From: a virus
Taxonomy: Duplodnaviria > Caudoviricetes
Reading direction: 5' to 3' (one strand)
DNA length: 64,000 nucleotides
Virus record (IMG/VR): IMGVR_UViG_3300036784_000146
Coordinates: 1-64,000 of that record
Shown here: positions 19,420 to 28,459 of the stretch, one piece after another
Layout of the letters: every line of letters begins with the position of its first letter
How positions within the stretch are numbered: position 1 is the stretch's first letter
Program-made: the position numbers and the translations under genes
The notes under the pieces: model-generated
Seen by the model: the letters and a program-made list of their open reading frames with translations, nothing else
The model's database searches: none
Told to the model about the DNA's origin: nothing

Positions 19420-19800
19420 ATGACTGCACCAGGCAACACGACTGATCCGGTTGCGTTCTTCCAGGAGATGATCCAGGAGTTGAGTGCCTCTGGCTCAACT
19501 CCATTGACCGCCAAGACCGATACCGTCCCGGCCCCCAACCTGACGCTGCGTGGTGCGATCGGGGCCATCTTGTGGATCACCAACGCCGGGGTCGACATGA
19601 AGGGCACCGCCGGGCCGTCCGAGCGTCCCTTCCCTCCCGGCACGCCCGACACGATCCTGGGCCACATCCTCTCGCTGCGGGCCGAGCAGCTGCAGACCCA
19701 GTCCCTGGTGTCGGCACTGATCACCGCGCTCGTCCAGGCCAAAATCATCGCGCCGGTCGATCAGGTCGGCATCCTCAACGCGGTAAGGACTCAGTTCTGA
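19420..19800 (+). CDS. Lysin-associated small protein (LysA C-terminal-like)
   Basis: Lies between the muramidase and holin; DTILGHILSLRAE helix. Confidence 0.5.
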   Translation: MTAPGNTTDPVAFFQEMIQELSASGSTPLTAKTDTVPAPNLTLRGAIGAILWITNAGVDMKGTAGPSERPFPPGTPDTILGHILSLRAEQLQTQSLVSALITALVQAKIIAPVDQVGILNAVRTQF

Positions 19801-20519
19801 TGACCGGTTTCATCGCCCCGTGGTCCCCGAATTTCACCAACGACATCAACGACGCCATCATCGCCGTGGACAGCACCATCAACTCGGTGCTCCCCGGCGT
19901 GCTTCCGTCGATCGTGCCGACACCGGCACCGGCCCCCTCTCCCGACCCCGGACCAGCCCCGACTCCGGATCCTTATCCCGCTCCCTATCCCGCTCCTGCT
20001 CCTTACCCCGCCCCTGCTCCCACTCCGGTCCCTGCGCCCGCTCCCGTCCCGGTGCCGACATCTGCTCCGGGCACCGGGACGTTGAGCGACTTGGAAGCCT
20101 CGGCCAAAGCGGCCTTAGAGCAGGCGTGGCCGACCATCCTGCCCGCGATCCAGGCCGACGCCATGGCCTACGCGCAGGCCTATCTACAGCAGGTGCTGTC
20201 GGGCAACGTCACCCCGACGATCCCGAACGTCACCTACAACGGCCAGAGCCTGACCCAGTCGGCGGCTAAGGGCCATGCGTGGCGCACCTTCCTGCTGGGG
20301 ATGGGCACCAGCGCCATCACCGCCGTGCTGTCGGCAGTCGGACAGCAGACCAACTTGGACTTCTTCTCGAAGTCCGGCTGGATCGCCACCGGCACGATCG
20401 CGGTGGCAACCCTGGTCCAGACTGTGGCCAGCTACGTTACCCGCTTACAGGTGACGCCCCAGTATGAGAAGCAGATGATCGCGGCATCACCGTCGACGCT
20501 GCTGCAGCTCCACAAGTAA
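19800..20519 (+). CDS. Holin-like membrane protein with Pro-rich N-terminal extension
   Basis: AWRTFLLG followed by two TM helices and SYV; PAP/PYP repeats; in lysis context. Confidence 0.65.
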   Translation: MTGFIAPWSPNFTNDINDAIIAVDSTINSVLPGVLPSIVPTPAPAPSPDPGPAPTPDPYPAPYPAPAPYPAPAPTPVPAPAPVPVPTSAPGTGTLSDLEASAKAALEQAWPTILPAIQADAMAYAQAYLQQVLSGNVTPTIPNVTYNGQSLTQSAAKGHAWRTFLLGMGTSAITAVLSAVGQQTNLDFFSKSGWIATGTIAVATLVQTVASYVTRLQVTPQYEKQMIAASPSTLLQLHK

Positions 20520-20541
20520 CCACCGAAAGGGAGACACAACC

Positions 20542-20757
20542 ATGTCCTTCAGCCTCGCAGATCTCAAGAACGAACTAGACACCATCATCAACGGTGCTAC
20601 CAACACCGTGGACCTCGCCGACAAGACTGCCCAGGCGGTCGGCAAATACGGCGAGTTCATCCCCGTGGTGGGGCCCGAAGTCAAGATCGCCGTGGACGCG
20701 CTCAACGGCCTGGATGCAGCACTGCACACGGTCAAAAGCGCGCTCGGTCTTCTCTAA
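20542..20757 (+). CDS. Small helical hypothetical protein
   Basis: GGGAGACACAACC-ATG start. Confidence 0.7.
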   Translation: MSFSLADLKNELDTIINGATNTVDLADKTAQAVGKYGEFIPVVGPEVKIAVDALNGLDAALHTVKSALGLL

Positions 20758-20827
20758 GCGCTGAGGGGGAACCATTCCGTTCCACCCAAACGCCCAGAAC
20801 AGGCTGATCCAACAGGCTTTCAGCCCG

Positions 20828-23014
20828 ATGGACCTGTTCACCCAGTCGCTGGCCAAGCCAGCGCCATGGGACTCGATCGTCGACTTCATCACGCACCCGA
20901 GCTATTGCGGTCGACGGTTGTACCCCAGGCAGCAGACCGCGTACCGGTTGATCTACCTGGAAACCGACCAGATGACGGCCTACGACCTGGACGTCATAGA
21001 AGAGTGGCGCCAGGGCTTCCTGCGCCGTCGCGACGTCTTCGGGGTGCAGCCCGACATCTGGGAGCGTGTCCAGTACCTCAAGGAGCACGGTTACCGGCGC
21101 TTCCCGCACATTCAGTTCGTGCTGGGCCGCCGTGGTTCCAAGGGTCTGATGGGCGGCGGTCTGGGCGCCGAGCAGATCGCTTACTTCTTCAGCCTCGACG
21201 ACTGGCAGGCCCATTACGACATAGATAAGGGCCAGAACGGTGTGCTGGCCGTAGTGGCCACCAATCAGAGCCAGGCTCAGCGCTTCCAGTTCGCCGACGT
21301 CCGGCGCACCGTCGAGCGCTGCAAGTATCTGCAGCCCCATATCGCGACGTCCAAGGACCACTTCTTCTCGATCCGCACCCCGGCCGACATCCGCTACATC
21401 GCCGAGCTGAAGGCGGCCAAGGTCCACGTCGAGCACGAGATCGCCAGTCTCACAGCGGTGGCCCTGTCGTCCAGCTCGTCGGCCGGTCGTGGTGGTGTGG
21501 GCTTCGCCAACTTCTATGACGAGATGGCGCACATGGTGCTGGGCACCGGCTCGGTGAAGTCCGGCGAGGAGATCTACAACGCGTGGCAGCCCAGCCTCGA
21601 CCAGTTCGCCAAGGACGGCCTGACGGTGGTTCCCAGCTCGCCGTTCACCAAGATCGGCGTCTTCTTCAAGCTCTACCAGGATGGCCGCGTCTGGATGCCC
21701 AACTATCGGGGCGAGATGGTCGAGCAGACCGAGTTCTCGCTGGGTATCGATGCCGAGGAGGAGATCAACAAGGTCGCCGACCCTGAGATGCTGATCCTGC
21801 AACTGCCCAGCTGGGGGCTCTACGAGGACTGGGAGCGCGGGCCCGAGCTGATCGGCCGCGTGATCAAGCGCCCCATCACCTACAAGCCCGAAGGCGACAA
21901 GCCCGAGAACGTTCGTATGCGGCGGTTGGAGATCAAGAATCCCGACAAGTTCAAGGTCGAGCGTCGTGGTCAGTTCGCCGAGGTCGAAGGTGCCTACCTG
22001 GATCCGCTGGCCGTGGAGGCCATGTTCAAGACACCGGACTGGCGCCCCAAGCTGGAAGCGCAGTCGCGCGGGTACCTGGTCCATCCCTACCGGATTCACT
22101 GCGACCCGTCGCGTACCAACGCCAACTTCGCGTTGGCGATCGGGCACACCGAGATCGCACCGTGCGATAAGTGCGGGGCCAGTCCCGAGCACGCCGAGCG
22201 TTACCACCCCTGCATGGCTTGCCTACAGCGCCGCGAGGAGCTTCCCGGCATGCACTGGCCGCATGTCATCTTCGACCTGCTGCACGTGTGGCGTCCCGGC
22301 GACAGCCAGCCCGACGAGGACGGCCGCCGCAAGATCGATTACATCCAGGTCATGAACGACATCATGGGCCTACTGGATCGGTTCCCGTCGACCAAGAAGC
22401 TCTCCTTCGACCAGTACGACTCCGCGTTGGGTATCGCTCAGCTGCGCAAGAAGTACTCTCCGCGCATCCAGATCGGCGAGGTGCTGTTCACCGAGAAGGA
22501 CAACCAGCGCCGCATGGAGCGCTTCAAGAGCGCGCTCAACCTGGGCTGGATGCACTCCTACCGCGACCGCTTCTACGACGAGGAGGCGGGCGGCTCGCTG
22601 CTGGAAATGGAGATGAAGTTCCTCGCCGAGCGCCAGGGCAAGGTGGTCAAGCAGGAGATCGGTCCGGTCACCACAAAGGACCTGTTCGACTCCGTCTCGG
22701 TGGTGGCCACTGAGCTGCTCAAGGACTCCCTGGACCGCTACAGCGGTAAGGACCTGGCCCGGCCATCGGTCGGCTCTACCGAGGTCGCTGGGCTGCGCTC
22801 AGGCCGCGAGTTCCAGCGGGTCGGTGGCACCAGCAGCGTGCACGCCATGTTGGCCGAGCAGCTGGCCGGTAGCAGCACCCCGGCCCGGGACATGATCGGC
22901 GTCAACCGCGCCGAGCGGTCCCGGCGCACGGCCTATCAGCCCAGCCGGACCGAATCTATTCGGGCCCGCGCGATGCCGACCCAGATGCCGAGAGCCGGTA
23001 GGCGCGGGCTATGA
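20828..23014 (+). CDS. terL: Terminase large subunit
   Basis: LYPRQ adenine-binding motif, GRRGSKG Walker A, FANFYDE Walker B, RNase H-like HCDPS, FDQY, KDLFD. Confidence 0.9.
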   Translation: MDLFTQSLAKPAPWDSIVDFITHPSYCGRRLYPRQQTAYRLIYLETDQMTAYDLDVIEEWRQGFLRRRDVFGVQPDIWERVQYLKEHGYRRFPHIQFVLGRRGSKGLMGGGLGAEQIAYFFSLDDWQAHYDIDKGQNGVLAVVATNQSQAQRFQFADVRRTVERCKYLQPHIATSKDHFFSIRTPADIRYIAELKAAKVHVEHEIASLTAVALSSSSSAGRGGVGFANFYDEMAHMVLGTGSVKSGEEIYNAWQPSLDQFAKDGLTVVPSSPFTKIGVFFKLYQDGRVWMPNYRGEMVEQTEFSLGIDAEEEINKVADPEMLILQLPSWGLYEDWERGPELIGRVIKRPITYKPEGDKPENVRMRRLEIKNPDKFKVERRGQFAEVEGAYLDPLAVEAMFKTPDWRPKLEAQSRGYLVHPYRIHCDPSRTNANFALAIGHTEIAPCDKCGASPEHAERYHPCMACLQRREELPGMHWPHVIFDLLHVWRPGDSQPDEDGRRKIDYIQVMNDIMGLLDRFPSTKKLSFDQYDSALGIAQLRKKYSPRIQIGEVLFTEKDNQRRMERFKSALNLGWMHSYRDRFYDEEAGGSLLEMEMKFLAERQGKVVKQEIGPVTTKDLFDSVSVVATELLKDSLDRYSGKDLARPSVGSTEVAGLRSGREFQRVGGTSSVHAMLAEQLAGSSTPARDMIGVNRAERSRRTAYQPSRTESIRARAMPTQMPRAGRRGL

Positions 23015-23274
23015 GCACACCCATCAGATACGACGGCGGTTTCCAGGAGGCGATGAAGCCAGTGGCTAGAGACACGAGGGCACTTACTGACGAGGTCGAG
23101 CACTTCGACGAGCCCACCGGCGACATGAAGCGCGCCGCCCGGCGCGTCTGTGCCGCTTTCGCCACCGACGCCGAAGAGGCCGCCATGTTCATGAAGATGT
23201 GCGGGGTGCATCCCTCCCAATGGAAGGATCCGGTTCCCTCTGGCGTCTCTCACCCGCCGTCAAGGATCGTGTGA
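23011..23274 (+). CDS. Hypothetical protein
   Basis: ATGA overlap. Confidence 0.65.
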   Translation: MSTPIRYDGGFQEAMKPVARDTRALTDEVEHFDEPTGDMKRAARRVCAAFATDAEEAAMFMKMCGVHPSQWKDPVPSGVSHPPSRIV

Positions 23275-23600
23275 TGAGAAGCCCCTTTCAGTTCGGGCGG
23301 GTGGAGGAAGACGACCCCAACGCCTGGAAGTTGAAAGGGGCTTGCAGGGCTCGCCATCGTGACGGGAGTCTGGTGCACAACCCGGAGATCTTCTTCCCCG
23401 AGAACCGCGCCGAGCGATATCAGCGTCCGGGCAAAAAGATCTGTGCCCACTGCCCGGTGATCGAGCAGTGTCGTGCGCACGCCATGGTCTTCGATGAGTT
23501 CGGTATCTGGGGTGGCCTGAGCGAGTACGACCGCCGCCACCTCAAGAAGCAGGACCGGCAGAAGTTTCTTGCGGCAGCTGGCCGTTTGCGGGCTGGATAA
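23274..23600 (+). CDS. whiB: WhiB-family transcription factor
   Basis: W...AC, FFP, C..CPV...C, GIWGGLSE.DR. Confidence 0.95.
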   Translation: MRSPFQFGRVEEDDPNAWKLKGACRARHRDGSLVHNPEIFFPENRAERYQRPGKKICAHCPVIEQCRAHAMVFDEFGIWGGLSEYDRRHLKKQDRQKFLAAAGRLRAG

Positions 23601-23656
23601 GGAATATACCTGACAGGTAAACGCGTTCCTACCTATGGAAGGAAGGAACGCGGAAA

Positions 23657-24400
23657 ATGCCTGGTCCACTGTATTTTGCTAACCCGGCCGGAGCGGCCAA
23701 AGACGCCATGCGAGCTGGCTGGCTGGGATTCATCGACACCCCCGAACAGGGCAACAAGCGCCCCGACGGAGTCGTCTGGTGTGCCGACAACGGCGTGTTC
23801 TCCCAGTCGCGAGCCAAGAAGGGCATCCCCTGGGACGAAGACGGCTGGTGGAGATTCCTGGTCAAGCACGCCCCAGACGCCGCGAGCTGTGCGTTCGCCA
23901 CGGCGCCCGACGTCCTGAACTGGTTCGAGGACGAAGAGGGCAAGCCCTACTGCGTCGGTGACGCGGCGGCCACCTTGGAGAAGGGCAAGGAATGGTACGG
24001 CCGGATCCGGGCGCTGGGCTACAAGGCGGCCCTGGTGGCCCAGGACGGGCTGGACCCCGACGACGTGCCGTGGGACGAGATCGACGCGATCTTCATCGGC
24101 GGCTCCGACGACTACAAGGTAGGTACGCCACCAGCGCCCCGCAAGCGGCCGCTGTCTTTGGACGGCATCCCGTATGGCAAGCCTGGCTGCCTGAGCGTGG
24201 TCGCCGAAGCCAAGCGGCGTGGCAAGTGGGTCCATGTCGGCCGGGTGAATAGCCGCTCCCGGTACCTGTTCTGTGACTCGATCGGCGCGGACTCAGTGGA
24301 CGGCACGTTCCTGGTCGCCGCCCCCGACGAGAACTTGCCCAAGCTGTTGAGTTGGGTGCGCGAGCTGGAACACCAGAACGAATACGAGCTGGTGGGTTGA
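23657..24400 (+). CDS. TGT/queuine tRNA-ribosyltransferase-like TIM-barrel protein
   Basis: WCADNG.FS, APDV, AQDG, IFIGGS, VHVGRVN, DSVDGT. Confidence 0.65.
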   Translation: MPGPLYFANPAGAAKDAMRAGWLGFIDTPEQGNKRPDGVVWCADNGVFSQSRAKKGIPWDEDGWWRFLVKHAPDAASCAFATAPDVLNWFEDEEGKPYCVGDAAATLEKGKEWYGRIRALGYKAALVAQDGLDPDDVPWDEIDAIFIGGSDDYKVGTPPAPRKRPLSLDGIPYGKPGCLSVVAEAKRRGKWVHVGRVNSRSRYLFCDSIGADSVDGTFLVAAPDENLPKLLSWVRELEHQNEYELVG

Positions 24401-24446
24401 GTCGAATTAACCCACCAGGTAAACTCTGAATCGGAAGGAGAACGCA

Positions 24447-24911
24447 TTGATCAAGTCGATGACCCCCGCCGAGGCGGCCCGTCTCACGCGCCAGCTGTTC
24501 GACGAGCACAATCTGGTCGGCTGGAAGGTGACCTTCGGTAACGCCAAGCGCATCGCCGGAACGTGTAGCCAGCATCGCAAGGTGATCACCTACTCGAAGT
24601 ACCTGTTGGCGCAGCGATCCTACGAGGATTCGTTCGACGTGGTCACCCACGAGGTCGCTCACGCGATCGTCGGCGCGCGCCACGGCCACGACCGCGTCTG
24701 GCAGGCCCAGCACCGCGCGCTGGGCGGTAACGGGAAGCGCTGCTTCGCCCACGTCGACGAGCAGTCGCCCATCGTGGGCCGCTGCCCGCACGGCAAGGAG
24801 TTCGCGCGCTACCGGATGCCCAAGCGTCCTGACGCGTGGAGCTGCCGCTGCCGCAAGTCCGCGTTCGGAGGGCCGAGCGGAAAGATCGTCTGGTCCAAAC
24901 GGGCCGTATAA
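24447..24911 (+). CDS. SprT-like zinc metalloprotease
   Basis: HEVAH...HGHD..W, C-terminal Cys residues. Confidence 0.85.
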   Translation: MIKSMTPAEAARLTRQLFDEHNLVGWKVTFGNAKRIAGTCSQHRKVITYSKYLLAQRSYEDSFDVVTHEVAHAIVGARHGHDRVWQAQHRALGGNGKRCFAHVDEQSPIVGRCPHGKEFARYRMPKRPDAWSCRCRKSAFGGPSGKIVWSKRAV

Positions 24912-24929
24912 CACAACGAAGGAGACACC

Positions 24930-25283
24930 ATGAAACGAGTCAACAAACGCCAGGCCGAGGCGGCCGTCCGCGCGATCGGCAAGGCATTCGGCGCTCAGGA
25001 CGGTTACGGTCCCAAACTCGTCAAGGACCTCGAAGGTTACTACGGGGGCGTCTATCGCTACGCGATCGTCTGGGAGTGCGGGGGGTCCTACGACTGGCCT
25101 TTCCTGCTGCAGGGTGGCTTCGACGAGGAGCTGTTCTCGATGATCTACCCCGAGTTCGAGCCCGACCGCGACAAGGCCCGCAAGCGCTGCGAGCGCAAGC
25201 CGGTGAAGCTGCCCAAGGACGTCTTCGCTGAGGCCATCAACCACTACAGCATCGCGCTGTACAGCCGAGAGGAGTACTGCTGA
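24930..25283 (+). CDS. Hypothetical protein
   Basis: AAGGAGACACC-ATG. Confidence 0.75.
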   Translation: MKRVNKRQAEAAVRAIGKAFGAQDGYGPKLVKDLEGYYGGVYRYAIVWECGGSYDWPFLLQGGFDEELFSMIYPEFEPDRDKARKRCERKPVKLPKDVFAEAINHYSIALYSREEYC

Positions 25284-25547
25284 TGAGTTGGATCCCCATC
25301 AACGACTTCCCTGGTGATCAGCAGTACGACTCGATCCCAGGGACCGAGCACGCCTCGTATTGGGGCCAGATCGGTACCAACTGCCGCTACCCGGGCGAGT
25401 CCAGCCCCGCGTGGAGCTGGGACGATCATGGCCCAAGACGACGACTGCAACCAGTGGGAAGCCGCCGGGGGCAATGTCGCCAGCGAAGCCGAGGCCAAGG
25501 CAATCGTCGAGGCTTGGATACCACAGGTTGCTGGGGGCAGCTCGTAG
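25283..25547 (+). pseudogene. Small gene split by a one-base insertion at ~25421
   Basis: ...PAWSW continues naturally as TIMAQDDDCNQWEAAGG...EAEAKAIVEAW if one G of TGGG is removed. Confidence 0.6.
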
Positions 25548-25717
25548 CTGAATCCCGCGCTATATCGCTGTCAAGGGGGCAGTTTAGGTTCGGCGTGTCG
25601 CTGGGGAAACAACTCAGCAAAGCCCCTAGACTGCCCCTTACCAGGACTTTCCGGATGTGCCGCTAACTACAATGGTGGTGTGGCCGGGTGGTCCGGCCAG
25701 CCAAGGAGACACACAAG

Positions 25718-25984
25718 GTGAATCAAAAGAGACCGGTGCGCAGTGACTGGAAGTCGCCGCTGCTGCACGAGATCAGAGTCAACGGATCGATCCTGAAGAA
25801 GGGGATGCTGCTCAGCGTCAACCGCCGCCCCGGCCTGCCGGGTGGCAGATGGGTGTTCCTGCATGCCGAGTATCTCGGCGACACCCTGCAGCTCACCGTC
25901 GAGGGACCGATCAGCAGAGAGGCCCGGCGCCGGTGGATCCGCGTCGAGGACATCAAGACCATTCACAGGAAGGGACGCCGGTGA
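25718..25984 (+). CDS. Hypothetical SH3-like small protein
   Basis: AAGGAGACACACAAG-GTG start. Confidence 0.65.
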   Translation: MNQKRPVRSDWKSPLLHEIRVNGSILKKGMLLSVNRRPGLPGGRWVFLHAEYLGDTLQLTVEGPISREARRRWIRVEDIKTIHRKGRR

Positions 25985-26637
25985 CCGCTGTAAAGAGGGT
26001 CCGCTGGAACTGTCCCAACGACAAGCACCCGGCCATCCTGGCTTCGACCCGGCCGCCCATCGACTCGATCGAGCGCTACTGCATGCCGTGCACCCAGGAG
26101 ACCGGACGGCTGGCCAAACGCATCGCCCCGGCTCTGGAACGCAAGCGAGCGGCAGCTGCCGTGACATCGGCCGCCAAGACCAAGGCCAAGCGGGCCCGGG
26201 AAGCCAAGGCCCGAGAGCGTAAGAAGGCTGCCGAGACCAAGCGCTACACCGTCGAGGGACACGACCTGCGCGAGGACTTCCAGAGCATGATCAGGCTTAA
26301 GGCCTTCGGTGGCAGGAAGGGACGGCTGTTCCGGCGCCCGCCCAAGTTCGTGATCAGCTACCGCAGCTCGCACCCGCTGTCACGGCTGGGGTTCGCCACA
26401 CCCTGGGAGAACAAGATTACCGTGGCGAATTGGCCCAGGGCCACCTACCTCAGCGTGCGGCTCACCCTTTTGCACGAGCTGACGCACGTCGTGGTGGGCA
26501 GGGTGTCCGGCACGGGCGAGGGCTGGCACGGCAGGACCTTCAAGAAGACGCTGACAGCTGCCTACATCGAGGCGTTCGGGGAGAAGCCGCACTGGTGGTA
26601 CATCGACGCCACACCGGACGAAGAACCCGCAGCGTAG
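25981..26637 (+). CDS. Zinc metalloprotease-like protein (SprT-like)
   Basis: LLHELTH...WHG..F; N-terminal Cys residues. Confidence 0.7.
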   Translation: MTAVKRVRWNCPNDKHPAILASTRPPIDSIERYCMPCTQETGRLAKRIAPALERKRAAAAVTSAAKTKAKRAREAKARERKKAAETKRYTVEGHDLREDFQSMIRLKAFGGRKGRLFRRPPKFVISYRSSHPLSRLGFATPWENKITVANWPRATYLSVRLTLLHELTHVVVGRVSGTGEGWHGRTFKKTLTAAYIEAFGEKPHWWYIDATPDEEPAA

Positions 26638-26695
26638 GAAATAACCTGACAGGTAAATGCGTTCTGAATATGGGAGGGGAAAAGGAGGTAACGAC

Positions 26696-27193
26696 ATGAA
26701 GGAGGTCAAGAAGCGCAAAGGCGTCATCATCGACATCGATGGTTCGTTGTGTGACGTCGACAGCGTGTTGCACCACATTATCGGCAAACCCAAGCACGAG
26801 CGGGATCACGACTCGTTCATCGCGGGCTCGATGGACTGCCCGCCGAAGCAAGACGTCATCGAGTGGATCGGCAAGCACTACGAGATGGGCGACGGCCTGC
26901 TGGTCTTGACAGGCCGGGAGGAGCGGTATCGGTCGCAAAGTGAGGCCTACGTGGCCATGCACGTGCCCTGGCCGATCGACGCGTTCAAGATGACGCCGGA
27001 CTTCGACCCCCGCAGCGGGGTGGAAGCCAAGCGGGCTCTGTACGACGAGTTGGAGGATGAGGGTTGGGAGATCGTGGGAGCGATCGAGGACCGGCCCGAC
27101 ATCGTCGAGTTGTGGGAAGAGCTGGGCATCCCCGAGATCGTGTTGGTCCCGGGATGGAACAACGAACCAGGCCGGGCTGAGGGTCGGCTGTAG
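26696..27193 (+). CDS. HAD-family phosphatase (PNKP 3'-phosphatase-like)
   Basis: IIDIDGSL, LTGR, K, IEDR. Confidence 0.85.
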   Translation: MKEVKKRKGVIIDIDGSLCDVDSVLHHIIGKPKHERDHDSFIAGSMDCPPKQDVIEWIGKHYEMGDGLLVLTGREERYRSQSEAYVAMHVPWPIDAFKMTPDFDPRSGVEAKRALYDELEDEGWEIVGAIEDRPDIVELWEELGIPEIVLVPGWNNEPGRAEGRL

Positions 27194-27207
27194 AGAGGAG
27201 ACACACC

Positions 27208-28333
27208 ATGGGTTGGGTCAAGAACAAGTGGGGAGGCTTCCGCAGCGAGTGCGGGAAGTTCTACCTGCAGCAGAGCCCCAAAAAGTTCTACCAGGTGCAC
27301 CGTCAGGGCCCCGATGGCTGGGGGATCGTCAAGGTCTGCGCCAGCGCCGGTGAGGCCAAGGCGTTCGCCGAAGCCCTCTGAAGGGAGAAGGAGACACACA
27401 CCATGACATTCACCAGCAAGGCGTTCCAGTCCTCCACGAGGCTGCGACCGCCCAAACGGGTCCAGCTGCTCCCCCAGGTCATCCTGGCCGGGTGCGAGAT
27501 CAAGTCCGATCTGCGCGAGCTGGAAGCGCGCTCCAAGGAGTTGGACACCGCCGAACGTCGCCGGGCTACTCCGCTGACCGAGGCCCTCAACGACGTCCTC
27601 CTGCTGGTCCACTCCAAGATGATCCAGGCCGAGTGGGGCGTCACCGAAGACGAGGCCGAGATGCTCGCCGAGGAGGGACTTCCGCTCTAGCCAGGAATGC
27701 ACCTGTCAGGTAAACTCTTCATTGGAAGGAAGGAGACACACATTGGCAACAGTCATCAAGGCCAAGCACTACGGTGAGACCGAGGAGCGTCTCGCTCAGG
27801 ACCCCATCGTCATCGCGATGGCACACGGTCTGGCGGACGTCCCGCGCGAGCAGTTGGTGCACGAGGACGGCGAGTCGCCGCGCTTCGAGTTCATGCAGAG
27901 CGCCAACAGCGAGTACCGCTCGCGAGGGGGCGAGGACGGCGGTCACATCGGTGCTGTCGCGCACGCGCTGCTGAAAGTGCTCGACAGCGGAGCGGTCAAG
28001 CCCACCAAGGTGGTGACCTACTTCGCCAGCCGGGACAGCCTGAACGCCAGGGGCGATGAGGACCGCGCCATGGGGCACGCCAGCATCATCAGCGGCGAGG
28101 CCGACTTCGACAAGGCCCGCGCGGCGCTGACCAACTACATGGTCAACGTCGAGGGTGCCAGCCTGGCCAAGTATCCCGACAAGGAATGGGCCGTCAACCG
28201 GATGGCTGCGATCTTCGACGCGGTGCAGCGACTGATGTACGCCAGCTTCTCCGGCGAGAAGAACTGGGAGGCGCTGAACTTCGACGCCGACGGGATCCGG
28301 TTCCAGCTCGGGCGGATCAGCAAGGACGCCTAA
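27208..28333 (+). CDS. Three hypothetical genes (27208-27381, 27403-27690, 27743-28333)
   Basis: Each preceded by AGGAGACACA. Confidence 0.75.
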
Positions 28334-28340
28334 CCACCCC

Positions 28341-28360
28341 GGTGGGTCTTCGGACCCACC
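28341..28360 (+). other. Perfect 8-bp hairpin with C(UUCG)G tetraloop 5 nt before the tRNA
   Basis: GGTGGGTC-TTCG-GACCCACC. Confidence 0.8.
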
Positions 28361-28365
28361 AACTC

Positions 28366-28438
28366 AGGGGCGTAGCTCAGAGGATAGAGCAGCGGTTTAC
28401 GGAGCCGCTTGTCGCAGGTTCGACTCCTGTCGCCCCTA
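28366..28438 (+). tRNA. tRNA-Arg (anticodon ACG), CCA not encoded
   Basis: Acceptor AGGGGCG/CGCCCCT; D arm GCTC/GAGC with GGA (A20 Arg identity element); anticodon loop TTACGGA; T loop TTCGACT. Confidence 0.93.
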
Positions 28439-28459
28439 CGAAAAGAAAGGAGACACACC

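Noticed and set aside
20732-22207. Long minus-strand ORFs here and at 8695, 33324, 36285, 45404, 48824, 51227 and 54337
   Set aside because: High-GC shadow frames opposite well-supported genes
22150-22260. Possible intein in the terminase (Cys-rich insert)
   Set aside because: Too short, with no intein N- or C-terminal signatures; looks like a small Zn-binding loop
28366-28438. tRNA as an attachment site or prophage boundary
   Set aside because: Phage-type genes and motifs continue on both sides; no integrase or duplicated 3' half seen
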